In this document: piece after piece, positions 39,485 to 47,302 of the stretch
Numbering within the stretch: the first letter of the stretch is position 1
Layout: each line of letters opens with the position of its first letter
From: Oceanispirochaeta sp.
GTDB taxonomy: Bacteria > Spirochaetota > Spirochaetia > DSM-2461
Assembly (NCBI GenBank): GCA_963666275.2
Contig: CAXXOA010000002.1
Span: 1,952,001-2,016,000 of the forward strand
DNA length: 64,000 nucleotides
Direction: 5' to 3'
Position numbers and translations under genes: made by a program
The notes under the pieces: generated by a model
Database searches by the model: none
What the model saw: the letters and a program-made list of their open reading frames with translations, nothing else
Told to the model about the DNA's origin: nothing

Positions 39485-39784
39485 CGCGTCACCCTTTTTG
39501 CCGGACTAAGAATGGGGGCCCGATGCTTTGCATCCCCCATTTTATCCTTTAACCGACCCTTTATGCGGCTATCGGTACTTTGTTCCAAAGTCCCTGTCGC
39601 CTGTCAGTAAAAGGGTCCCAGACGCTGCGCGTCACCCTTTTTGCCGGACTAAGAATGGGGGCCCGATGCTTTGCATCCCCCATTTTATCCTTTAACCGAC
39701 CCTTTATGCGGCTATCGGTACTTTGTTCCAAAGTCCCTGTCGCCTGTCAGTAAAAGGGTCCCAGACGCTGCGCGTCACCCTTTT
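39485..39784. repeat. Tandem array: two identical 143-bp units plus 14 bp
   Basis: Units start at 39485, 39628 and 39771. Confidence 0.95.
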
Positions 39785-40878
39785 ACCGACCCTGCCATCA
39801 GGCCTCTTACGAAGAATCTCTGGAGGCCGAAGAATACGGCCAGGGGGAGGATCATGCTTAGGAAGGCACCCGAGGTCAGAAGGTGCCAGTCCTGTCCTTT
39901 TTCTCCCACCATAGCGGCCAGAGCGCTTGTGACTACCCTGTTTTTGTCTCCCAGGAATACCAGGGCTACCAGGTAGTCATTCCATACCCAGAGGAACTGG
40001 AATATGGCGAAGCTTGCCAGTGCGGGAATGGAGAGGGGGAGGACCAGTCTGACAAAGGTCATGAATGGGGTCGCTCCGTCCAGATAGGCCGATTCAAAGA
40101 TATCCCGTGGCAGTGTGCTTATATAGTTATAGAGCAGATATACCGCCAGAGGGAGTCCGAATCCCGTATGAGCCAGCCACATACAGAGGAATGTTCCTGT
40201 AATCCCCCAGTTTGTAAAATCCCGGAGTATAGGTATAAGAGCAATCTGCAGGGGGACGACAAGAAGAGCCACCACCATAATAAAGAGGGGTTTTCTTCCG
40301 GGAAACTCCATCCAGGCAAAAGCATAGGCTGCAAAAGCCGCAATCAGTATGGGGATAATGGTCGCAGGTATACTGACGGCGATGGAGTTCAGCACCGCAT
40401 CGGAAAAATTGTTGCCCTGACGGGATATGGTATTCCCCTGGGCATCCGTATACTCCACAGTTCCGGCGGACAGGACGTCCCTGTAGTTCTGCAGGGTCAT
40501 ATTGGCGCCGAAGCCGATCCATTTCTCTTCAAATACTTCAATTTTACGTGACCTTTTGTTTCCGTACCACTGAAGCCTTCTTGTCTCGCTAATTTCAATT
40601 CCCTGACGCCACTCTTCAAACGTTGCCGTATAGTCTTCAATTTCGATCTGTCCGTTGGGATCTGTTTCCTGGGGAATTTCAAATTCACCGGTTTTGACCC
40701 AGTCTTTATGGGGAAGGATTGTCCACCATCCCGACCCGTAAATATCCCTGGAGTCCCTGAAGGATGTGACAAATACACCGAAGGTCGGTATGGTCCATAC
40801 AAGAACTATGAAAAGAAGGACCAGAGCAACTGCTACACCAGCAGGATTGAATTTCTTAGTTTTTACCGCCTTTTTCAT
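39775..40878 (-). CDS. aglG: Carbohydrate ABC permease (AglG-like)
   Basis: AAYAFAWMEFPGR, EAA-like loop ESAYLDGA, FQFLWVWND and FVRGLMAGSVKG. Confidence 0.82.
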   Translation of the reverse strand: MKKAVKTKKFNPAGVAVALVLLFIVLVWTIPTFGVFVTSFRDSRDIYGSGWWTILPHKDWVKTGEFEIPQETDPNGQIEIEDYTATFEEWRQGIEISETRRLQWYGNKRSRKIEVFEEKWIGFGANMTLQNYRDVLSAGTVEYTDAQGNTISRQGNNFSDAVLNSIAVSIPATIIPILIAAFAAYAFAWMEFPGRKPLFIMVVALLVVPLQIALIPILRDFTNWGITGTFLCMWLAHTGFGLPLAVYLLYNYISTLPRDIFESAYLDGATPFMTFVRLVLPLSIPALASFAIFQFLWVWNDYLVALVFLGDKNRVVTSALAAMVGEKGQDWHLLTSGAFLSMILPLAVFFGLQRFFVRGLMAGSVKG

Positions 40879-41957
40879 TTCAGGGTTTTCCTTTCTCTGA
40901 ATTCTTTGAGATTGTATGCCAGTACCGGTATGATCACAACAAGCAGCACCACCGCTATGGCCGATGCCTGACCGGAGTTGCCGTATGTGAACTGCCTGAG
41001 GTAGAATTCATTGGCAATCACATTGGTTCCGAAATTTCCACCCGTCATAACCCGGACTATATCAAACAGTTTCAGGCTGAATATCAGAATTGTCGTGGTC
41101 ACTGTTATGATGGTAGGCATGATATAGGGAATGGTTATCCTGAAGAAAATTGTAAAGCTGCCGGCTCCGTCAACCTTTGCGGCTTCATTGATTTCACCGG
41201 GAATCCCCTTGATAGCTGAGGAGAGGATCACCATGGCATAGCCTGTCTGCAGCCAGACCATAATGAAGATCAGGAAAAAGTTATTCCAGAAGGGGACAAG
41301 AAGCCATGCCTGAGCCTGTCCTCCCAGTGCCGTAACAATGGCGTTCAGCAGGCCTATTTCGTTGATATTGACCCCTTCGCCCTTGTAGGCATACATGAAT
41401 TTCCATATGACACCAGCCCCGACGAAGGATATGGCCATGGGCATGAAAATCAATGATTTGAAAAGCTTTTCGCTTTTACTCTTGTCTGAAAGGACCGCTA
41501 TAATGATACCCAGAGTCACACAGAAAAAAGTTCCAAAAATCATCCAGAGCAGGTTGTTTCTGAAACTTTCAAGCATAATCGGGTCGGTAAAGGCAAATTT
41601 GTAGTTATCCAGAAATACAAACTCTCTGCCGTTGGCTCCCATGAAACTCAGCCGCAGCGATCTGAGGGTGGGAAGAACCAGGGCCCATATGAGGATGAGC
41701 ACGGCCGGTCCGGCAAAGACGACAGCTACAGCGGTGGAGCGGATTTTCCGCGGCATGGTCTGGGCAATGCTGTTCATGGCATAAAACAGGAGCGCTACCG
41801 ATCCAAGCCCCCAGGTGACAGCCGTTAATGTCATTAATATTTTGTTGTTCTGCAGATTCTGAAGAAGGATAAATCCTCCGACTAGAAAAAATAGCGTAAT
41901 AAGCAGCAGAAGAATCAGCAGAAGAGGCTTTTTCCAGGTTGAATTATCCCGGCTCAT
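40875..41957 (-). CDS. aglF: Carbohydrate ABC permease (AglF-like)
   Basis: FMPMAISFVGA.VIWKF, EAAKVDGA and MTGGNFGT. Confidence 0.82.
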   Translation of the reverse strand: MSRDNSTWKKPLLLILLLLITLFFLVGGFILLQNLQNNKILMTLTAVTWGLGSVALLFYAMNSIAQTMPRKIRSTAVAVVFAGPAVLILIWALVLPTLRSLRLSFMGANGREFVFLDNYKFAFTDPIMLESFRNNLLWMIFGTFFCVTLGIIIAVLSDKSKSEKLFKSLIFMPMAISFVGAGVIWKFMYAYKGEGVNINEIGLLNAIVTALGGQAQAWLLVPFWNNFFLIFIMVWLQTGYAMVILSSAIKGIPGEINEAAKVDGAGSFTIFFRITIPYIMPTIITVTTTILIFSLKLFDIVRVMTGGNFGTNVIANEFYLRQFTYGNSGQASAIAVVLLVVIIPVLAYNLKEFRERKTLK

Positions 41958-41971
41958 GATTGTCTCCTTTT

Positions 41972-42054
41972 AAAAAATAGAGCTGGTCGGAACCCTCTGT
42001 TTTTCGACCAGCTTCTTTTCCATCTATTCCGGACCGGGATTCACAGTCCGGAAA
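41972..42054 (-). terminator. Two intercistronic stem-loops after the binding-protein gene
   Basis: AGCTGGTCG...CGACCAGCT and TTCCGGAC...GTCCGGAA. Confidence 0.55.
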
Positions 42055-42067
42055 TCTGCTTCTCTGA

Positions 42068-43411
42068 TTATTCTGCCGGCCAGGAGTTGTCTATGGCTGT
42101 CAGGGCTTCATCAAGAGATTTTGCACCGGAAACATAGGCTGTCATTTCCTTCCAGAAGGAACCGGCTCCCACGGCGCCCGGCATCAGGTCCGATCCGTCA
42201 AATCTTACACTGGTGGCATTCTGAATAACTTCAGCCACTTTTCTGTCCACTTCGTTGGTATACCAATCCAGCTTGGAATCTTTATGGGGAGAAATGGCTC
42301 CCCCTGCTTTCACCCAGCCTTCAACAGACGCAGCTGTGGCAAAATACTGCATAACCATACGGACTTCGGGTCTGTCATTGAACATGGCATAGATATCTCC
42401 CGCCACAAGAACAGGTCTTCCGTACTGGGGATCTACACTGGGCAGATAGAAAAAGTCATAATCCTGTCCCGCAACCAGGTTGTCGGGGAAAAAGGATGTA
42501 ATGAAATTTCCCTGTTTGTGCAGCCAGGCTTTGGGGGGATTTTCAAACATAACTTTGGGCGCGTCGCCGAAAGACGTTGTAGCGATTCCCTTACGTCCTC
42601 CATAAACCATGCCGTCGGCAAACCAGATATCTGTCATGGCTTTGATGGCGGCCCGGACTTCAGGAGAGTTGAATTTCAGTTCTCCCGTAACCCATTTGTC
42701 ATAGTTTTCAAGGGAGGTAGTTCTCAGCATCATCTCTTCGATCCAGTCTGTGGCAGCCCATCCGGTAGCGGCACCTGATTCGATACCTACGGCCCAGGGG
42801 CTGTCGCCGTCAGAGAGGATTGTGTTCTGAAGGGTCACCAGTTCCTCCCAGGTTTCGGGAACTTTGTATCCTGCGGCGTCAAACTCTTTTTTGTTGTACC
42901 AGACCAGGGACTTTCCATTAACACGGCCCCAGAGACCGGCCATGATCTCTCCGTCGGGGGATTCCATGGTGGCCATATCCAGCCAGCTCTGTATGTAGTT
43001 GGATTTGACTTTGTTCATATCCAGAACTTTATTCAGGTCAATCACATAGCCCTTTCTGACAAAGTTGTTCAGAAGTCCAGGCTGGGGAAAGTCAACGATA
43101 TCGGGAGGATTCCCTCCTTCCACCCTGATGCCGATCGACGCTTCAAACTCTTTGGATCCTTCGTACTGGATATCAATGCCGGTCATCTCTTCAAAAGGTT
43201 TGATCGACTCTTCAAATTTGATGGCATCATTGTCGGTAAATGGTCCTGCCATCGTTACGACTGTGCCCCGTACCTCGGCATAGGGATCATCCATTGCCTT
43301 TTCTGTTGTTTCTTCAGCAACAGGTTCTTCCGCCTTTTTGCTGCATCCTGTAAAAACAAATGTGATTACCAGTAAAAGGGTAAGTCCTGCCAACAGTTGT
43401 TTTTTCAACAT
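42068..43411 (-). CDS. aglE: Sugar ABC substrate-binding lipoprotein (AglE-like, alpha-glucoside type)
   Basis: Lipobox FTGC; PQPGL, KSLVWY, ESGAATGW.ATDW and RFDGSDLMPGAVG.GSFW. Confidence 0.85.
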   Translation of the reverse strand: MLKKQLLAGLTLLLVITFVFTGCSKKAEEPVAEETTEKAMDDPYAEVRGTVVTMAGPFTDNDAIKFEESIKPFEEMTGIDIQYEGSKEFEASIGIRVEGGNPPDIVDFPQPGLLNNFVRKGYVIDLNKVLDMNKVKSNYIQSWLDMATMESPDGEIMAGLWGRVNGKSLVWYNKKEFDAAGYKVPETWEELVTLQNTILSDGDSPWAVGIESGAATGWAATDWIEEMMLRTTSLENYDKWVTGELKFNSPEVRAAIKAMTDIWFADGMVYGGRKGIATTSFGDAPKVMFENPPKAWLHKQGNFITSFFPDNLVAGQDYDFFYLPSVDPQYGRPVLVAGDIYAMFNDRPEVRMVMQYFATAASVEGWVKAGGAISPHKDSKLDWYTNEVDRKVAEVIQNATSVRFDGSDLMPGAVGAGSFWKEMTAYVSGAKSLDEALTAIDNSWPAE

Positions 43412-43451
43412 TCTATTCCTCCTTAACGGCTTAATGCCGCGTTTTCCTTTG

Positions 43452-44477
43452 TTAAGTGGTGGCGCGTTCTATAAGCCCCACCTGCAAATTCGTCTTCTGA
43501 AGGGCTTCTCCTTTGCCTGTGAGTCTGTCAATCAGAAGCGCTGCCGCAATCCTTCCGGAATCGATCAGATGCTGGGATATGGTGGAAAGTTCCATCCAGT
43601 CCGCCGCATCAATGTCATCGAATCCGAGAATTGCCATCTCCTGGGGGATCTTTATATTCCTCTGCCTGGCGGCTTTGAGGATGCCGATGGCCTGCAGATC
43701 GCACATGGCAAACACAGCCCTCGGGATCTCACCCCTGTTCAGATACTGATCAAAGACTTTCTGGGCATCCTCTACGGATGTATCCGCTTCCAGGATGTTC
43801 CTTCTGTTTATCTCTATGCCGTTCTTTTTCAGGGTATCCCTGAAGCCGTTGAACCGTTTTGCCGAGGGTTTGCAGCTATAGGGGAGGGTATTGTTTTTGT
43901 CACCCATAAAAGCGCAGGGGAAATACTCTTTTGCAAGAAACAGCTCTGCAGCCAGCTCCCCCCCTCTGTAGTCATCTGCCAGGACACGGGAGTAGTTTTC
44001 ATCGTCCGATTCAATCATGACTATATTCAGGCCCGAGGCTTTTAAAATCCTGTGCTGCTCCTGGGTCAGCTGAACTGACATGAGGATAAGCCCGTCAATC
44101 CGGCGGGTGAAGGGGACCGATGTGAGATATTCATCCAGCTGGTCTGTCCCTTCTATCGTATAAATAACCACTTCGAAGTTTTTCTCTTTCAGGAAGGGGA
44201 TAACACCCCCCAGCCGGTCCACAAAAGAGGGTGCGGGAAAGAACGGGGTCAGGACGCCGATTCTTCCCACGGAACGGGATGCTTTGCTCCCTGTGTTTCC
44301 ATGAGGGATATAGTCCAGAAGATCCATAGCCAGGGAAATTTTGTTTCCTGTGGATTTTTTTACATTCTCCGGATTGTTCAGGTATCTGGATACAGTGGTA
44401 ATGCTCACGCCCGCTTCTGAAGCTACATCGTAAATGGTAGGGCGTGTATTCAGAGTTTTTTTCATGATTTCCCGCAT
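43452..44477 (-). CDS. LacI-family transcriptional regulator
   Basis: TIYDVA..AGVSITTVSR and GFDD motifs. Confidence 0.95.
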   Translation of the reverse strand: MREIMKKTLNTRPTIYDVASEAGVSITTVSRYLNNPENVKKSTGNKISLAMDLLDYIPHGNTGSKASRSVGRIGVLTPFFPAPSFVDRLGGVIPFLKEKNFEVVIYTIEGTDQLDEYLTSVPFTRRIDGLILMSVQLTQEQHRILKASGLNIVMIESDDENYSRVLADDYRGGELAAELFLAKEYFPCAFMGDKNNTLPYSCKPSAKRFNGFRDTLKKNGIEINRRNILEADTSVEDAQKVFDQYLNRGEIPRAVFAMCDLQAIGILKAARQRNIKIPQEMAILGFDDIDAADWMELSTISQHLIDSGRIAAALLIDRLTGKGEALQKTNLQVGLIERATT

Positions 44478-44489
44478 AGAATGGATATG

Positions 44490-44507
44490 TATGAAAGTAC
44501 TTTCATA
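44490..44507. promoter_or_regulatory. Candidate LacI-family operator O1
   Basis: Perfect palindrome TATGAAAGTACTTTCATA just upstream of the LacI gene. Confidence 0.7.
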
Positions 44508-44622
44508 AGTATTATGGTAATCCGGCTTTCTTTTTCTGTCAAATAAATAATTGATATACTTATAATAAAATCATTTCTCTGTATATTAATACTGAGTGAA
44601 TGGAGCTTTATGATACGAAAAA

Positions 44623-44640
44623 TATGAAAGTTCTTTCCAT
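44623..44640. promoter_or_regulatory. Candidate LacI-family operator O2
   Basis: TATGAAAGTTCTTTCCAT, an imperfect copy of O1. Confidence 0.55.
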
Positions 44641-44647
44641 TTGATCC

Positions 44648-44680
44648 AAAAAAAGAGAGCGCCCCCGGGCGCTCTCTTTC
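44648..44680 (-). terminator. Intrinsic terminator of the ygfK-ssnA-ygeY operon
   Basis: On the - strand: AAAGAGAGCGCCC-G-GGGGCGCTCTC followed by T7. Confidence 0.85.
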
Positions 44681-44696
44681 TATTAATACTTATTGA

Positions 44697-45902
44697 TTAT
44701 TTCAATTTGTAGGGCAGCATGGCGTAAAAAGCGCTGCAGATCTCCAGATCGTCGATCCTGTTCTTCTCGTTGGGTGCATGGGCCTCTTTTTCATCTCCCG
44801 GACCGAATCCGATCAGGGGGATTTTATGGCGTCCGCAAATGGCAACACCATTGGTGGAAAAGGTCCATTTGTCAACAACGGGATCTTTTCCGTAAAGGCT
44901 GCTGTAGGCATCCACGCCGCTTTCCACCAGAGGATGGGTCCGTTCAATCTTCCATGTGGGGAAATAGAGCTCCTGATGATAGTCCAGTTTTTTCCATCCC
45001 AGTTCTTCGTAGTCGGGCATGGTGACAGACTCGGGTTCTTCTCCCAGAGCTTCCTTGATATAGGATTTTACCTGGCTGATCGCCAGTTCCGCATCTTCTC
45101 CCCAGGTAAGGCGTCTATCCAGATAGAGCATCGCCTGGTCGGGAACCGCGCACTGGGAGGGCCCGTTGACTTTCATTTCCGACACAACAATGGTGCCTTT
45201 ACCCAGAAAGTTGTCCTCATCGGGCTGAAGATCGCTGTTGAGTTTTTCCATGGCAAGAGCCGCTTTTGCCGCTTTATAGGCTGCGCTGACTCCTCTTTCG
45301 GGGGCAGATCCATGGCTGGAAACCCCCTTGATTTTTACAACCATTTCCATCCGGCCTCTGTGTCCTCTGTAGAGGCGGCAGCTGGTGGGCTCGGTGGAAA
45401 CCGCAAAATCGGGAACCAGTTTCTCCTCTTCGATCAGGTACTTCCAGCACATACCGTCGCAGTCTTCTTCCATTACGGTAAAGGTGAAGTAGAGGGTGTA
45501 CTCTTCGTCATAACCCAGTTCCTTCAGGATCCGTCCCGCTGTAATCATGGAGGCGGCGCCGCCTTTCTGGTCGGAACTGCCCCGTCCCCATACATAGGTA
45601 TCGTCGATTTCACCGGAAAAAGGCTCTTTCTCCCAGGCTGAAGGGTCTCCTACTGTTACAGTATCAATATGGGCGTCGAAAGCAAGGATTTTAGGTCCCT
45701 TGCCGATCTTTGCTACAACACTTCCCAGGCCGTCAATCCGGACTTCGTCAAATCCCGCTTCTTCGCAGAGTTCAACAATTTTCCGGCATACAGCCTCTTC
45801 ATCGCCGCTGTAGGAGGGAATCTTAACCATTTTGGAGAGTACTTCGGCAGTATACTGTCTGTACTCTTTTGCTTTTGCCAGAATATCTTTTTCAATTGAC
45901 AT
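44697..45902 (-). CDS. ygeY: YgeY-family M20 hydrolase
   Basis: DAHIDTV, GRGSSDQKGG, EEDCDG, GHRGRME, WTFSTNG and AHAPNE. Confidence 0.93.
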   Translation of the reverse strand: MSIEKDILAKAKEYRQYTAEVLSKMVKIPSYSGDEEAVCRKIVELCEEAGFDEVRIDGLGSVVAKIGKGPKILAFDAHIDTVTVGDPSAWEKEPFSGEIDDTYVWGRGSSDQKGGAASMITAGRILKELGYDEEYTLYFTFTVMEEDCDGMCWKYLIEEEKLVPDFAVSTEPTSCRLYRGHRGRMEMVVKIKGVSSHGSAPERGVSAAYKAAKAALAMEKLNSDLQPDEDNFLGKGTIVVSEMKVNGPSQCAVPDQAMLYLDRRLTWGEDAELAISQVKSYIKEALGEEPESVTMPDYEELGWKKLDYHQELYFPTWKIERTHPLVESGVDAYSSLYGKDPVVDKWTFSTNGVAICGRHKIPLIGFGPGDEKEAHAPNEKNRIDDLEICSAFYAMLPYKLK

Positions 45903-45959
45903 ATTTTTCTCCTGTAGAGTCTTCAGAGAAAGGGTATTCTCTGAAGCTGCTAATAAATT

Positions 45960-47288
45960 TCAGTCTTTCAGATTGTCCATAGCGTCCCAGAGACGGGCTG
46001 CCTGTTCCCGGGACTCTTCGTATATGCCTGAAGTATCGAAGGTAAACTCTCTATCCTTCAGAACCACTCTGCCGTTCACAATCACCGTACGAACATCCCT
46101 TGAGGTTTGTCCGAAAGCGATATGACCGGCAATATTCTCTGCTTTCAGAGGGGTCGGGGCCTGGTAGTCCGATATCACCAGATCCGCTTTGTAGCCTTTT
46201 TCAATTTTTCCGAACCGGTCGTCAAAGTTCCGTTCCAGCAGGGTGTTCCCGTTATGGAGGAATCCCAGGAAATCACCCGGCCAGAGGGGACCGCCCGTAT
46301 CTTTGTGCTTGAAGTAGGCGAACTTGAACTCCTCCCACATATCGCTTCCGATGCCGTCCGTTCCCAGGGCAACATTTTTAAGGGACTTCAGATGGTTCTG
46401 AACTCCCACGCCGTTGTTCATGTTGGAGCGGAAGTTTACCGCCAGAAAACTGTTCCTCTGGTTCATGATCTCCACATCTTTCTCTGACAGGTACAGGCCG
46501 TGAACCACAAGGGTTTTGCTGTTCATGAGACCGAAGTCATCCAGCCTTACAAGCAGGTCTTTTCCATAGAAATGGTGGGACCAGGAGGCATCGTATTTGT
46601 CTTCCGCCACATGGCAGTGGAATCCCCGTCCAGTCTGTTCTGCCGCTTCGGCCAGCAGTTCCAGACCCCGGTCGGGGAGGGTAAAAGGCGCATGACCACC
46701 TATATGGGCTTCCATCAGGCCCGACCAGGTACCATCCTGCTTCTCTTTGTCTATCTGACGGGCAAAACGGACATTCTCGGCAATCCCTGATTCCATCTCT
46801 TCAATGCTGTTCCGGTCGGTGGTCTCAAAGCAGGTCATTCCCCTGAGGCCGACCTTTTCAAAAGCCTCTTTCAGCACAGTCAGAGAGCCGTCAATGAAAC
46901 GGGGAGACGCATGATGATCAATGACAGAGGTTGTTCCGTTCCGGATCGCATCCATGCAGCAGATCTCTCCGCTGCTTTTCAGCATATCCCTGTCCAGAGC
47001 CTTATCCAGCCGCCACCAGAGGTTTTTCAGAACCGATATAAAATCCGGTGTGGGATCAATATTGGCCAGGATCCCCCGGGAGAGACCCGAGTAGAAGTGG
47101 TTATGACTGCACACCAGTCCGGGGTGGACGATGGCTCCTTTCAGATCCCAGACCTGGTCGGCATTCATCCCTTCCGCCGCACCGGGTCCGGCCGCTATAA
47201 TCCTGTCGCTGTCAACCACGATATCCCATCCCGAATGGACTTCGGAGGGCTGAAAGTTCACAACTGTAGCATTTTTCAGTATCAGCAT
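45960..47288 (-). CDS. ssnA: Amidohydrolase SsnA
   Basis: HNHFYSGLSRG, LWWRLD, DHHASP, HVAE, RSNMNN and LGTDG. Confidence 0.93.
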   Translation of the reverse strand: MLILKNATVVNFQPSEVHSGWDIVVDSDRIIAAGPGAAEGMNADQVWDLKGAIVHPGLVCSHNHFYSGLSRGILANIDPTPDFISVLKNLWWRLDKALDRDMLKSSGEICCMDAIRNGTTSVIDHHASPRFIDGSLTVLKEAFEKVGLRGMTCFETTDRNSIEEMESGIAENVRFARQIDKEKQDGTWSGLMEAHIGGHAPFTLPDRGLELLAEAAEQTGRGFHCHVAEDKYDASWSHHFYGKDLLVRLDDFGLMNSKTLVVHGLYLSEKDVEIMNQRNSFLAVNFRSNMNNGVGVQNHLKSLKNVALGTDGIGSDMWEEFKFAYFKHKDTGGPLWPGDFLGFLHNGNTLLERNFDDRFGKIEKGYKADLVISDYQAPTPLKAENIAGHIAFGQTSRDVRTVIVNGRVVLKDREFTFDTSGIYEESREQAARLWDAMDNLKD

Positions 47289-47302
47289 TTTCCTTCTCCT
47301 TC

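Noticed and set aside
23888..39784. Tandem arrays (69, 52 and 143 bp) as CRISPR arrays
   Set aside because: Units repeat almost in full with no unique 25-45 nt spacers, there are only 2-3 units each, and no cas genes are present.
39671..39976. Short ORFs across the 143-bp array
   Set aside because: They overlap repeat DNA and the aglG 3' end, with no coding signal.
41981..41992. AGCTGGTCGGAA resembling the start of the 40-bp nested element
   Set aside because: Only about 11 nt match, and it is explained as one arm of a local stem-loop.
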